The notes under the pieces were generated by a model. That model made no database searches and was not told the origin of the DNA. It worked only from the letters and a program-made list of their open reading frames with translations. A stretch of DNA of 63,001 nucleotides, counting the filler, from Barthelona sp. PAP020 (lineage: Eukaryota): NCBI GenBank assembly GCA_040182905.1. It is 2 parts of 2 records of this genome, joined end to end, with 100 filler letters (N's around TTAATTAATTAA, not from the genome) between each part and the next. Parts side by side here need not be neighbours in the genome. Positions count along the whole stretch, not along the records: positions 31,535 to 63,001 come from JARQWU010000108.1; 1 more part is not named here. One strand, written 5' to 3'. The position numbers and the translations under genes were made by a program. Positions 42,909 through 54,999 of the stretch are shown here, piece after piece (the first letter of the stretch is position 1; each line of letters begins with the position of its first letter).

Positions 42909-45900
42909 TTATTGATTATTGATAGCTATAATCAATTTATCGTTTAACACACTTACACTTTCATATCTTGGTAAATTTAATCTAGAAAAACAGGCAGAAC
43001 TGGTTGGCAAACGATTTATATCATCTCCATCGATTATATTGATTTTATGAACATCTGAACCATTCCAACTACGTTTACCACAGACAAATACCAAATAATG
43101 AGCGATTTGTAAAGGAGTAAAACTCTTTAAAACAGAAGCAAAATCTTGAATGACCTTGTCATCCAAATTGGCGTTGTAAATTTCCAAAGTGTTTATGTAT
43201 TCATCAACATCAAAATGTGTATGAGGGCCGACAATGCCCAATCGAAGAACTTGCCATGAAATGAAAGGACTCCTGGACACATGATTCAAAAGACCGGCGC
43301 GAATCGTTTTACAACTCAACCTGATGGGATTAATCAATCTTTCTACTGTTTCATCCACATATTCTTCTAAAGTTGTGGCCTCAGTAGTTTCATTAATACA
43401 CAGAATTTCAAACATTGTTTTAATGTTAGTGGTATCTGTGAAATTTTTGTCTCCCTGCAATGCTTTAATATTGATATATGTTTCATAATTCATGTCTGCG
43501 ATATCTTGCAAATGGATTTCTTCGTCAAGAATCAATTTCAAAACACAGGTAGCAAATTCCATTCCAAAAACTAAATCAGATCCAATCATGGCACTCAATA
43601 ATTCCCCAAACAAGACAAATAATCTTAAATTCTTGTACTCAGGATTAGGAATGATTGTGTCTTGCCAAATACCAACTTTATCTCTCATATTTGCGGTGGG
43701 AATAAATACCTTTTGTTCCAATAACTGTTCTTTGATGCTTTCCAATTTACAACTACATTTCAGAATGTTTGCAATTGCGTTAATTATAGCATTTGTATCT
43801 AAAGGATATAATGAAGAAGTGAATGTCTTTTGGGCAACGCATGGACTCAAGAAGTTCTTAATAGGCCCTTGTAACAAGGTCAAGGCACTGAAATTTTTCA
43901 ATTTCTTTTGTCTGGTGATCAAAGAATCATAATCCCCGATTGGGCCCAAGACAATATTTTGGATAATCTCATGTAAATTCAGCAAAAACTGCAATTGTTC
44001 TATGGTGATATCATTCAATCTTGGATAGCTGTTTAACATGTTAGAATTATCCTTGATCATAATTGAACAATATTGGGTGAAGTTTTGCATCAATTCAGCA
44101 TTGATGGTGATAGGGTTTTTTGAAACGATTGTTGAAAGACATATTGGCTTTTCAAATACAGAATCAAAAGTAAAACGGGTGACCATTTGGAGTCTATTAT
44201 CATCACTGGCGATTTTAGAAAGATATTCATTGAAAGATTGCAAGAGTTCATCATCAATGATGAAATCATTCAAAGATGAAGGAGGAGGGGTAATTGCAGA
44301 TGAATCAATGGATGAAAAGGGAGTGAAAATGAACACTTTAGCTAACCCTTCCAATTGAACACAAACATCACCATTAAAAGCAATTGGGGATACTGAGGAC
44401 AAATTCATTTCACCAGTATTTTTCACTAATTTGATAATATCTTCAATGAATAAAGAAGATGCCAAAGCGACGTGTTTTTTCTTAGTTCTATTTGTTGATA
44501 GACAAGAAAAATATTTAGCAGTAACATATTTTTGTTCAGCAGAATGAATGGAAATGATAGGATGCTTTAAATTCCATACCATATTCACAGTTCTTGGTGA
44601 TAATTTTTGACAATATGTGATTTCATATAACAATCTGAAACTATCTGCAAGACTGTCGATCACCATCAAATCATCGAGATTTAATTTACTGAGGTCAGGA
44701 TTAGCAAAGCAACGTAATAGTGCGACAATAACATGAATGGTATGATGAAAGAAATCATTGATACGATTATTAGTAACAATTAAGAAATAATTTTGTATGT
44801 TCTTTTTAAATTCCGCTAAACAATCATTAACAAAAGTTTTTTCAATGTTAAACAAATCTAAAATGAACAAAAGATTCAATGTTCTAATTATGATACGGAT
44901 AGCTGCATGAGAGAACATCTTATAACCAAAAACAAAAATGATTGACAATAAACCATTGTTTAAAAATTTTTTCAATTGTTTCAAATGGAAATTTGTTGAA
45001 ACGTCAAAATTAATGTTTTTAGTGTTGAAAGGATAGCATTTTTCAATACTTTTTAAAATTGTGTCAAACAAAGCAAAAATAAATGAAAATGCGGAATTAA
45101 TATCAATCTCATCAACACCTAATAAACTAAACCTTAATCTTTGATTATTATACAACATTTCATCTGTCTTCTTATATGTAAAATATAGTCGATTAACATT
45201 CTTTTCATTAATTAAAATTTTGATACGTTTCTCAAACTTTTCAATGGTAATATTTTGTCCAGTGTATACCAAATTAAGATCAATTAAATTAATGGATTCA
45301 GTACATGCTAAAACATAAACATTTACATCAGGATTAATCAAATTCAATTCAAAGCTTTTAACATTATTCATATCATCAAATTCTTCCAGAGAAACATAAG
45401 GTTCTTCATAAATTTGTTCCAGTAAATTATTTTTTAAAGCTAAATCATGAAATATACACATATCACTCAATACGTTAGTTATCATGGTTTTAAACAAGTC
45501 TTCAGATTTTAAACAGATTCTACTGATGTATTCAACACCTTGGTTTAGCATGACATGTATTTGATACTTAAATTTTGTCAATGTAATTGATTCTTCTAAA
45601 AATTTGATCTGAACTTTACTTAAATTTTCTTGTGTAGTCAAATACGATGAATAAAATTTATAAAGCAAAATTTCAGACAAATAAATCAATAAACCATCAG
45701 TAAATCTATCAATCTTTGCTTGCATACAAACATCTTTACCTTTTGTTTGATATAATAACATTGTGTGGAATATATCAACAGAAAAACTATTGCCACTATC
45801 ACAAGAACTTGTATGATTACTGTTCATCGATAAATCATCAATTTGATTGTTATACACACTAAAACCAATGCGATCAAACACATCTTCAGTCATATCCAAT

Positions 45901-48900
45901 TCTGTATTGGTAAACAAATCATAAATATGGTCATTGAAACTTATCAATTTTGAATAATACATATTTGGCGTGTAAAATTCGAATAGTGGTGGTGTATTGA
46001 AATTGTAAACATTTTTATTGGTAATACCGGAAGCAAATCCAATGGAGTTATAAACTAAAGAACTTTCACTGCTTAACTGCTTAGCAAAATTATCCAAATC
46101 ATTGAAATTCAGATTAACATGGGAATGGGATTGAGATGTGGGTAAACCTTTATAACTCGGTAATAACAACATCAACATGCTACTACAAAACGTTGCTGAA
46201 AAAGGTTTTGTCAATTTAACATCGTTTCGATAATGTAACTCATTAGCGAAAACTTCAACCAATTTTAGATTGTCAGAAGTATTGAAAAAAGATGGTTCGA
46301 TTGAATGAATGATCAACGCTAGATTCAGATACAACAATTTTGCCACACGATTGGTTAAAGAAACCACATGTCGTTTGAAAAAGTGAGAAACTTTAGCAAA
46401 TAACAGATCAACACATTGCCAAAACATATCTGTCTCCTTAAGAGTTTTGTATGGCGTGTCAAACTTGTGAGGCAATAAAATTTCCGTTAAACTCTCTTGG
46501 TTCACCACCAACATTTCTTCTGTTCCATTCAAACTAACAAACAGATTGGAATAATTCATGTCATTGATCAAAATACCACGTTGTTTAGGTCTTCCAAATT
46601 CAATCATTACACCTTCAAATAAAATAGGAGAATTTCCCAACACAAACAAAATACCAAGTATGGATTGAGTGCTCTTCCCTGATTTCTCAGATAAGATTCC
46701 ATGAAACACTCGAAGAACATGATCTTTCCAATTGCTGTCATGCAATAACTGTCTCAACAACAAGGAAGCACATACAATTTGTGTACGATTCGTAACAGAA
46801 TGGAAGATATGTTGTCCTTGATGTACTTTCACCAAGTCCAGTAATCTTTTGACTAACAATAAATTGTGGGAATTGGTACTACCATCCTTCTTCCATTCTA
46901 CATGTGGTAAACTCCAAGACAAAGCCAAAAATGCTTCAAATTGTGCTTGAGGTGATCCAAAAAACAAAATACTCAAAGCTAATGAACTAAATGGTAGAGC
47001 AGAATCAATAGGCAATGTTCCAGCATCTTTGAAATGTATTTGTACTATCTCTAAGTACATGACCAAGTTACTTTCATCTAAATCAGTCAAATCAATAGTT
47101 TTACCGTATTCATCAAAATCAAGCGTAACGTTTTCTTCAGAAGGTCTTTCATTTGTCGATTTTGTGTCTGATGAATCAAACTCATCATCACTTTGACTAT
47201 TTAATGCAAAATCAAAATCGGATTCCTCAGATTCTTCACTATCTTCTTCCTGATAATTACCATCGTTTATAGACTTCATTGATGTGGAGATATCATCATT
47301 GTATAAACAAAAAGATGGAACTTTATCTAATTCTTCCATTGAATTGTTGGTCAATTCATTCTTTAATTCAACATCTATTCCAAGGCCTAAATCAAACGCA
47401 TCCAAATCAGGTAACACAGCAGGAGACAATCCTGTTGATCCAGTGACAGATTGAGTGACAGAATGGGAAAAATCTTGATTCAACAATTCTTCTCGTTTCC
47501 CAGCCAAGGCATTTTGACAAATGTCCTGTAACAATCTCATCAAAAACCCAATAAAATATTCTTTCTTTGGGGCATAACAAAGCCCTCTAACCAACATTAC
47601 CATTGATAAAGAAACGGCTGATTCCCACAATGGTTGCATGTAAATATTGTCTGTATATTGCAAATAATCTTGTTGTATGTGAGCTAATGTTTCCAAAGCG
47701 TCTAAATTAACAATATATTCACTCTTTGTAGTGGAAACATCAATTGCAACGTATGAAGAAGCAGTTTTGGACCAAATCAATTCAGATAATGAACTGGGTA
47801 TGTTTTGCAATTTAGCAAGCAAATCTTGGGTAATATTCGTGAATTCTCTGCATAAATCTCGCTTGATCTTGAATTGAACACCTTCAATATTATATAAAAT
47901 GGAGCTTCCACGATAGATTATTTCATTAGCTAAAAATGAATTCTCAGGTCTATAATTGAGGTTATTGTCATGAGTAAAACATAAAACTTTGTCCAGAGCA
48001 ATACTCTTTAATAATGCTGGAAAAGAATCAAATGTCTTTTGTAAAAGTTTAACACCAACTTTGCGAAATTCAACTCGCTTCATTTGAGAAGTAACTGCAA
48101 CTAAAAAATTAATGATTCCTTCACTGCTTGGCTCAAATTTGAATAGAAAATGAATGATGTTTCGACAAGCTGCATTGTAATCAACAGTTTTTTCAGATCT
48201 GAACTTTAAAAACGATGAAAATGAAGGTGACATAGGGACGTCACCAAAGAAACTATCAACGTGAATTAAAGGAACAAAGTCGGTTAAAAAATTCATTCTT
48301 TGTAGCAAATCCCATTGTATTGCTAGCCGCAACTCTTCATTTGTAATAGGAGTCACCATAGCATTAATATCAGTGTCAACATAATTCTTTCGCATAATAT
48401 CTATACGATTGATCAACAATTGAGGTATATTTTGACAACACCCATTAATAATATCGATGAGTATGTGTTCCTGACTGGTTAAAAGAATTGTCGTTTGTTG
48501 ATCAATTTTATTAGGTGTGTAAAAGGAAGGAATGGTATCTTTATCACCCAAATGAAAAACTATCGAACATATGCTGACCAATTGACTCACAAACAATTGG
48601 GGTAACTGCACTGGATAATGATTTCCTGCGCCACCAAACGCATTATATATAAAATCTAAATAAAACCTCTGTTTATCATTAATCAAATAACTGCTAATCA
48701 AATTTAGCAACTTACCATTACATTCAGCAATATAAGACTCATGAGTACTGAAATATTTGAGATAATTGATACAAAATTCCTTGTAAGTCTCTGAACTACA
48801 AAAGTTAATAATTGCTTCAATCAATCCAGAAACAAACTCCCTGTATTCCAGCTTCAAAGCAAATTCTGCACTGCTCAAAAATCTTGGGTCAATCGTATTG

Positions 48901-51900
48901 TCGTCAGCAGTCAATTTACCACCTCTAAAGATAGATTCACTCTCACTTTGATTCCTAAACCAAGATATCAAACCGAATTCCTCACGTACCGGTCTACTTC
49001 CTACAATCAACAGGGATAAAATTTGACCAATACTATCCGAGAGCAGAATATCCAAATTATATGCTGTTGAATGAATGCCTCCGTTGTGTTGAAGCCATAT
49101 TTCAACATCAACGTCCTCAGGCACAGTCAATAAGAAAGATTGAATGTAACCCTCATCACACACATGGGAATAAACAAATTCACCTTCATCCCCGTTAACT
49201 GCATATTCGTTTCCATTAATGAAAACAGAAGGTGTTTCAATATCAATGAATTGCTGGTTTGTTGACATATTGGTACTGTTAAAGTTGAAAACTTCTTCAT
49301 TTTCACCAGTATATTGTTCGTCAATCACAACACCTGTTGCAATATATCCAGAATTCGGTGAAATACTGCCAGAAACTCCACCTGCACTGTTGTATTCATC
49401 ATAAGAGCTAAAATTCTGATTGTTCACTGTTGCATTGGTGTTTGTATTTGCATTCATGTTAATATTGGACCATGAAGCATCAACATGAATAATGGCATTC
49501 CGTGGAAAGTACACACGTTCTTCCCAAGGACCTTTGAATCGCTTTGTCGACCATGATGCCAAATCTAAGGAGGGAAATCTACCTTTTGTAAAATCAACGG
49601 TTTCATTAATCCTGGCATCAATTTGGGTTAATTGACCAGAAATCTCCTTGTGAACCTTGTGAATAATCTCATAACAACCAGATAACACCTCAATAAGATT
49701 CATTTCTTGATTGGTCTTGAAATGAAAATTCTTCGGAAACAAATTGATGGTTAATAAGAATAGCACAAATAACTGCACATTGAAAGACCTCAATAGCGAA
49801 ATATCCTCAGAATCAATGCTTAAAACGTTCTCCATTGAATTAAAATGATCTAAAAACCGTTGAAATGTTTGCACGAACAAATTCATCTGTTCCTCAGTAC
49901 CTTCACAATGTTGAATCTTTCTTCCCAAATGTTGAATCATTTTTAACACGAAAGTACAAGGAAAATCACTGAACGAAAATGTATTTTCAGAAACCGCATT
50001 GGAACTTTCAAAATCAACGAAAAATTCAATGAAGTCATGTTTAGAACCCAATCTGGAGAAAAATAAAATCTCCTTCAAATTCCAGATTTTATCTCGTTTC
50101 TTGACCAACTTAATGATGTAATTATATAAAATGGGCTTGGTGATTGGATTTAAGTCAGGAAATATGTTGAAAAAAGCAATAACTTCCAAAAACAAATGCA
50201 AATAAACGCTTTCAAATTCAATTTCATCATCAATGTCCAATTTCAAAACAAAAGAACTTATTTGTTCTAAAATTTCCTTTATCTCATCAAATTCAACAAA
50301 AAAGACGTTTTTGATCTCAAAATAACGGATACAGCCAACTAAAATGGTCAAAGTCTCCAAAAAATCCTGAGACCCTTTGCAAATACCATTAATCAAACAG
50401 AAATGTAGTTTTTTCAACAAAAATACTAGCAGATCTATATTTTGAATCTCAAAAGGATTGTAATCGTTGATGTTATATTTGACACAGACGCTACTAACGC
50501 ATAATCTGTCAAATATATCCAATAGCATGCTGGATACATATTTTTTCTTTTCTAATACAAGAAACGTTTGATACAAATCATATTTGATAATGTCATCTTC
50601 AACATAAACAAAAATAATTTCATGTGTAGAATGATCCAACAACACTTTATACGGGTAATCTGTATCCCCTTCCAACAACTGAATTGTGGTGTGTTTATTA
50701 ATACTGTGATGCTTATACTCTCCAGTATTCGTGGGTTCAAGTGTACAACGATGGATACAGTTTTCATAAACATATTCCAAGACAAAATGAAACGATTTAG
50801 AAGATCCAAGCATTTTTACCTTGCTGATCACAATATTCATCATGTCTAATTTGGGTCGGTCACAGATACACACCAAATCCATAGTTGTTGGATCAAAAAC
50901 TCTTACAAACTTTTCATCAACCATTGTTAGATACTCACCTGAAGAAGCCAAATTATCCATGGTGTAGATACCAGAATATGTGTAAATTTTCCTGTTAGCA
51001 ATATCAATACGTCTCAATTTACCAGAAACTGAATTATGCAGATAAACCATCTCATTACAGAAGGTAATCAATCCATCACCCTCAAACTGTTCAGAATACA
51101 TCTCAAAGATCATCGTAACAGTACTCATGTCGAAAATTCGAAGATATCCACATGATAAAATGAAGAAATGGCCATAATATAAACAACAGTCAAATTCAAT
51201 GTCCATATCGATCAAAGGAACCGGTAATACACCCATAGCAATGTGAGTAACTAAGGCTTCTGGTTTGTTTTTGGTGTCACTTTCAGGTTTCCAGTATTTT
51301 AGCAACGTAGGTCTGTACGAGCTCAAATATAGCTTCAGCAAAAGATCAATTTTGTTATATTTTTGAGATATTTTTACAATGTCTTGAATAAGAGTTAATG
51401 AAAGGTTTTGATGTTCTTGCTTTCCATGCAACTTTTCGACAGTATCATAAGCTATATTGAGAATTAATGAAACAGAGGACTTAATGTTTTCGATAGACTC
51501 TCCAGTTGAAGAAAACTTTAGACCTTTGAAAAATTGTATCAATTGATCAGCTACTCTCTCAGGACTCAATGCACTAAACAACTTAAGTTGTAAAATTAAT
51601 GATTCAACGGAAGTCAATTGACTAAAGAAAGCATTTGGCACATATAAATCATTGCTTTGTCTGATGTATCGTAAATACATATTATTCCGATTGTGATTTA
51701 CATTAAGATATTGATAGGCCAAAGGATGTGGTTTAAAAGTTTCTCTTGACTTATCAAAATTAAATAATTCATTATTTTTAAATAAAGAATTAAATTTTCT
51801 CCCAAAATTTAAAGTTTCAGGACGATTGATTTTTTCAGTTAAAAGATCATCACTTTCAAAAAACCAAGGATTTAAATAATAAATTTCTGGGTTTCTGAAA

Positions 51901-52073
51901 AAATCAATAATGGTAGTGCTGAAAGTACCATTATTTCGAATATCTACAAATTTTGTTTTTTTCTTTGCAGCTGCAGATGATGTTTCATCTTCAAAATATA
52001 TACCAAATCCTGTTTCATTACGAATACCACTTGCATTGGTATTATTTAAACCATATATTAAAGATTCAGTCAT
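42909..52073 (-). CDS. Giant (3054 aa) HECT-domain E3 ubiquitin ligase
   Basis: Uninterrupted ORF; C-terminal YLVFVCG, RLPTSSACFSRLNLPRYES...KLIIAI with catalytic Cys. Confidence 0.85.
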   Translation of the reverse strand: MTESLIYGLNNTNASGIRNETGFGIYFEDETSSAAAKKKTKFVDIRNNGTFSTTIIDFFRNPEIYYLNPWFFESDDLLTEKINRPETLNFGRKFNSLFKNNELFNFDKSRETFKPHPLAYQYLNVNHNRNNMYLRYIRQSNDLYVPNAFFSQLTSVESLILQLKLFSALSPERVADQLIQFFKGLKFSSTGESIENIKSSVSLILNIAYDTVEKLHGKQEHQNLSLTLIQDIVKISQKYNKIDLLLKLYLSSYRPTLLKYWKPESDTKNKPEALVTHIAMGVLPVPLIDMDIEFDCCLYYGHFFILSCGYLRIFDMSTVTMIFEMYSEQFEGDGLITFCNEMVYLHNSVSGKLRRIDIANRKIYTYSGIYTMDNLASSGEYLTMVDEKFVRVFDPTTMDLVCICDRPKLDMMNIVISKVKMLGSSKSFHFVLEYVYENCIHRCTLEPTNTGEYKHHSINKHTTIQLLEGDTDYPYKVLLDHSTHEIIFVYVEDDIIKYDLYQTFLVLEKKKYVSSMLLDIFDRLCVSSVCVKYNINDYNPFEIQNIDLLVFLLKKLHFCLINGICKGSQDFLETLTILVGCIRYFEIKNVFFVEFDEIKEILEQISSFVLKLDIDDEIEFESVYLHLFLEVIAFFNIFPDLNPITKPILYNYIIKLVKKRDKIWNLKEILFFSRLGSKHDFIEFFVDFESSNAVSENTFSFSDFPCTFVLKMIQHLGRKIQHCEGTEEQMNLFVQTFQRFLDHFNSMENVLSIDSEDISLLRSFNVQLFVLFLLTINLFPKNFHFKTNQEMNLIEVLSGCYEIIHKVHKEISGQLTQIDARINETVDFTKGRFPSLDLASWSTKRFKGPWEERVYFPRNAIIHVDASWSNINMNANTNTNATVNNQNFSSYDEYNSAGGVSGSISPNSGYIATGVVIDEQYTGENEEVFNFNSTNMSTNQQFIDIETPSVFINGNEYAVNGDEGEFVYSHVCDEGYIQSFLLTVPEDVDVEIWLQHNGGIHSTAYNLDILLSDSIGQILSLLIVGSRPVREEFGLISWFRNQSESESIFRGGKLTADDNTIDPRFLSSAEFALKLEYREFVSGLIEAIINFCSSETYKEFCINYLKYFSTHESYIAECNGKLLNLISSYLINDKQRFYLDFIYNAFGGAGNHYPVQLPQLFVSQLVSICSIVFHLGDKDTIPSFYTPNKIDQQTTILLTSQEHILIDIINGCCQNIPQLLINRIDIMRKNYVDTDINAMVTPITNEELRLAIQWDLLQRMNFLTDFVPLIHVDSFFGDVPMSPSFSSFLKFRSEKTVDYNAACRNIIHFLFKFEPSSEGIINFLVAVTSQMKRVEFRKVGVKLLQKTFDSFPALLKSIALDKVLCFTHDNNLNYRPENSFLANEIIYRGSSILYNIEGVQFKIKRDLCREFTNITQDLLAKLQNIPSSLSELIWSKTASSYVAIDVSTTKSEYIVNLDALETLAHIQQDYLQYTDNIYMQPLWESAVSLSMVMLVRGLCYAPKKEYFIGFLMRLLQDICQNALAGKREELLNQDFSHSVTQSVTGSTGLSPAVLPDLDAFDLGLGIDVELKNELTNNSMEELDKVPSFCLYNDDISTSMKSINDGNYQEEDSEESEESDFDFALNSQSDDEFDSSDTKSTNERPSEENVTLDFDEYGKTIDLTDLDESNLVMYLEIVQIHFKDAGTLPIDSALPFSSLALSILFFGSPQAQFEAFLALSWSLPHVEWKKDGSTNSHNLLLVKRLLDLVKVHQGQHIFHSVTNRTQIVCASLLLRQLLHDSNWKDHVLRVFHGILSEKSGKSTQSILGILFVLGNSPILFEGVMIEFGRPKQRGILINDMNYSNLFVSLNGTEEMLVVNQESLTEILLPHKFDTPYKTLKETDMFWQCVDLLFAKVSHFFKRHVVSLTNRVAKLLYLNLALIIHSIEPSFFNTSDNLKLVEVFANELHYRNDVKLTKPFSATFCSSMLMLLLPSYKGLPTSQSHSHVNLNFNDLDNFAKQLSSESSLVYNSIGFASGITNKNVYNFNTPPLFEFYTPNMYYSKLISFNDHIYDLFTNTELDMTEDVFDRIGFSVYNNQIDDLSMNSNHTSSCDSGNSFSVDIFHTMLLYQTKGKDVCMQAKIDRFTDGLLIYLSEILLYKFYSSYLTTQENLSKVQIKFLEESITLTKFKYQIHVMLNQGVEYISRICLKSEDLFKTMITNVLSDMCIFHDLALKNNLLEQIYEEPYVSLEEFDDMNNVKSFELNLINPDVNVYVLACTESINLIDLNLVYTGQNITIEKFEKRIKILINEKNVNRLYFTYKKTDEMLYNNQRLRFSLLGVDEIDINSAFSFIFALFDTILKSIEKCYPFNTKNINFDVSTNFHLKQLKKFLNNGLLSIIFVFGYKMFSHAAIRIIIRTLNLLFILDLFNIEKTFVNDCLAEFKKNIQNYFLIVTNNRINDFFHHTIHVIVALLRCFANPDLSKLNLDDLMVIDSLADSFRLLYEITYCQKLSPRTVNMVWNLKHPIISIHSAEQKYVTAKYFSCLSTNRTKKKHVALASSLFIEDIIKLVKNTGEMNLSSVSPIAFNGDVCVQLEGLAKVFIFTPFSSIDSSAITPPPSSLNDFIIDDELLQSFNEYLSKIASDDNRLQMVTRFTFDSVFEKPICLSTIVSKNPITINAELMQNFTQYCSIMIKDNSNMLNSYPRLNDITIEQLQFLLNLHEIIQNIVLGPIGDYDSLITRQKKLKNFSALTLLQGPIKNFLSPCVAQKTFTSSLYPLDTNAIINAIANILKCSCKLESIKEQLLEQKVFIPTANMRDKVGIWQDTIIPNPEYKNLRLFVLFGELLSAMIGSDLVFGMEFATCVLKLILDEEIHLQDIADMNYETYINIKALQGDKNFTDTTNIKTMFEILCINETTEATTLEEYVDETVERLINPIRLSCKTIRAGLLNHVSRSPFISWQVLRLGIVGPHTHFDVDEYINTLEIYNANLDDKVIQDFASVLKSFTPLQIAHYLVFVCGKRSWNGSDVHKINIIDGDDINRLPTSSACFSRLNLPRYESVSVLNDKLIIAINNQ

Positions 52074-52449
52074 ATTATAATTTCTAAAGTAATTTCAAAT
52101 AAATATATCAATTAAGGATTAATAAACTAAAAATCAAATGAATTTTTAAATTATAATCAAACAAAAAAAAAAGTTGATTAATAATTTCTATTTTTCATTC
52201 ATTTCATCCATTTAGAATCATTTTATTTTCATTTTTTCATACAATCGTTGTAAATATTTATTTTTGTGCAATTTTTATTGCAACTATTTTGATAAAAGAT
52301 TTTTCTTCATGACTTTCATCATTCTAACCTTTCTTTATAAATAAATTCATATGTATATATGTTGACATTAAGAACAAAATTTATGAAGAATCAGAGAAAA
52401 AAGACTCTTTCTTTTTGAGTTTTTAATTTTAATTTTTTAGGATTTATAC

Positions 52450-54905
52450 ATGTCAAATAATGTAGATGAACCAGAATTTACAGATGAAGTATCTATTTAA
52501 TTTCAATTGATAGTAACTAACTTGAATAGTCTAATGTTGGAAATCAAAATTATCTTCCCGAAAACCATTCACCATCTCCTCCAACAATAGTATCTGAAGT
52601 ATCTGAAAGTAATTTAATTATTCCGGATGAATCATCAGGGGGATCAAATAATGTTGGTACTAATAGTATTACTCCTACAGCCAATGAAAACAGAAGAAGA
52701 GCTAAAACGCTTGCAGACCGAGTAAATAAGATTAAAAAAACAAGGTTATCTAAACGAATGAGTTCCCTTGTTCCTGAATTAACTGAAGATTTAAACAGTC
52801 CTGCACATCCTTCAATTCTTGAGACAACAGAACGTTCACCAAGTAACCTTACTGATAGTTTAGATTTAAATGAAGACATGACAGAAGAACAAGTTGAATT
52901 AGATGTTGAAACTAAGGAGGAAGAGGTAGAAGTAGATTCGGATGTTGATGATGGTTATGACTATGACGAGTTGATGATTTCAATCAACAAGATTAATCTT
53001 GACACTGCACCTGAAGCTCATACTACTTTGAAATTTATAAAGAGTCTTCAAAATTCTTCAAGTACCACCTCTATTGCAGCAGTTTTAACCTTTTTAGAAG
53101 AGGCTCCTCTTTCTAATCCAAAAGCTCAATTAGCACTGTTAGAATATGGTGGAATTGAGTTATTGATTCAACTTTTGCAGGTAAAATCACTGCGAACTCA
53201 AATATCGATTTGTAGTGTGCTTAGTCGTGTTGCTGTTCATCCTTTAATTCAAGCCAGAGTGTCTAAAATACTTATCACAACGAAGGAAGAAGAAAAAAGT
53301 GCATTCACGTTGCTTAAAGAGTTGTTACCGGTAAATAAACAACAAATCTTAAGACAGAGTCAAGAGGAATTGCTTGAAAGTCTAAAATTATGGTCTGTTG
53401 CTCTTGAAGCGTTGGGAGCACTCTGTAAAAATAATGCAGCCAACAGAAGGCTTCTTAGGCATACACGTGCCTTGACAAAAATTGTTTCCCTATTAACTTT
53501 ACCCTTCTATTTCTCTGATTTTGGAACTAACACTCATCCTGATCGTGACGACTCTATTGTTAATATGTGTGGCGCGGCTTGTTTCGCTCTTTGGATGGCT
53601 TGTAAGAATTCCAAGAATAGACTGATTGTATTTGAGAGTCGGGGAATCACTACCTTGTGTAAATTACTCAAACTCACCTCAAAACAGCCGCCAGTTTCTG
53701 AAGTGATTGTGAACGTTTTGGGATGTATCATGCAGAACGCAACTGATGAACAAGCTAGAGTTTCTTTTGCTGAATTCGATATCATGGTAGACATTATTAA
53801 CTATTTATGTCACGAGGAAGAAAAAGTACGCTCAATGGGAGCTGGCAGTTTATTTGCACTTCTTCATTCCAAAGATTTAAGGGCTGAATTCAGAAGGTTA
53901 GATGGTTTAAAATCTCTTGTTGAATTGTTGGGTCGTACTAAGGAGGAAACTGCCCTTTCCAATGTTGTAGGAGCTTTGTGCGAGGCAGCTAGGGATTCAG
54001 AAACTTCAGAGCAATTGGTTAAGCGTAATGCTATTCCTCAATTAGTTAGGCTTCTTCAACAAGACCAATATTCCAACATTGTAAAAATTCGTGTTTCGGC
54101 TGCTTTACAAAATCTTGCTAAAATTCCAGCTGGATCAAAAGCTATTCGTAACGCCAATGGTTTACCCATTTTAGTTAAGTTATTAATGTCAACAGACTAT
54201 CAATTATTAGCTAACGTTACAGGAGCCCTTTGGCAATGTGGTTTGGATGCTGAATCTGCTAAAATTATTTCTGATTTGGATGGTATACGTCTTATTTGGT
54301 CACATTTACGGTCAAAGCATCATATTGTCCAGGCAAATGCTGCAGGAGCTATTGTTCCATTGTTATCATCTGCTGAAAATGTTTCCACTGTTGGAAGAAG
54401 CTTTGTTGGTGGTCTTGAAATGCTTATATCTTTGTTAACCAGTGATTCTAACGACGTGTTGGCTAATACTTGTGCTGCAGTAGCAAGAATAGCGACAAAT
54501 ACTGAAAACTTAGAAGTCATCACTGAAGATGGTATTATTCCTCTTTTAGCAGCCTTGGTGCACAATAATGATGACAATGTTAAAAAGAATTTGGCTGATG
54601 CCATTGCTGCAGTATGTCGATTACCCGAGAATCGTGTGATTTTTGGACAATTAGGTGGTATTGAACCTTTGGTTGAGTTTTTAAAGTGCAACGATGAGGC
54701 TGTACATGAATCAACTGCCAAAGCTTTAGCTCAATTAAGTAAATCAGCACCCAATTCATATGTACTTCGAAAAACAGGGGCTGTCAGTTATTTGGTAAAA
54801 ATGATAAGTTGTAATAATGATAATTTACAGGACTATTGTGCAGAAACGGTTCAATATATCAGGAGACATCATATCACTCTTTGTGAGGCTAATAACATTC
54901 TTTAA
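52450..54905 (+). CDS. ODAD2: Outer dynein arm docking ARM-repeat protein; exons 52450-52488 and 52530-54905
   Basis: GIRLIWSHL, RSFVGGLEMLISLL, ENLEVITEDGIIPLL, NRVIFG match ARMC4; upstream exon splices in frame. Confidence 0.9.
52489..52529 (+). other. 41-nt spliceosomal intron in ODAD2
   Basis: GTATCT...AACTAACTTGAATAG; contains in-frame stop; removal extends ORF by 89 aa. Confidence 0.8.
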
Positions 54906-54999
54906 TTTGTGATGCGAGGAACTTCTTTATTTTTGGATAGTCTGTGTATATTCTAATGTATGTATAATAAAATTGTAAACAATATTAGTTTTTTGTTAA

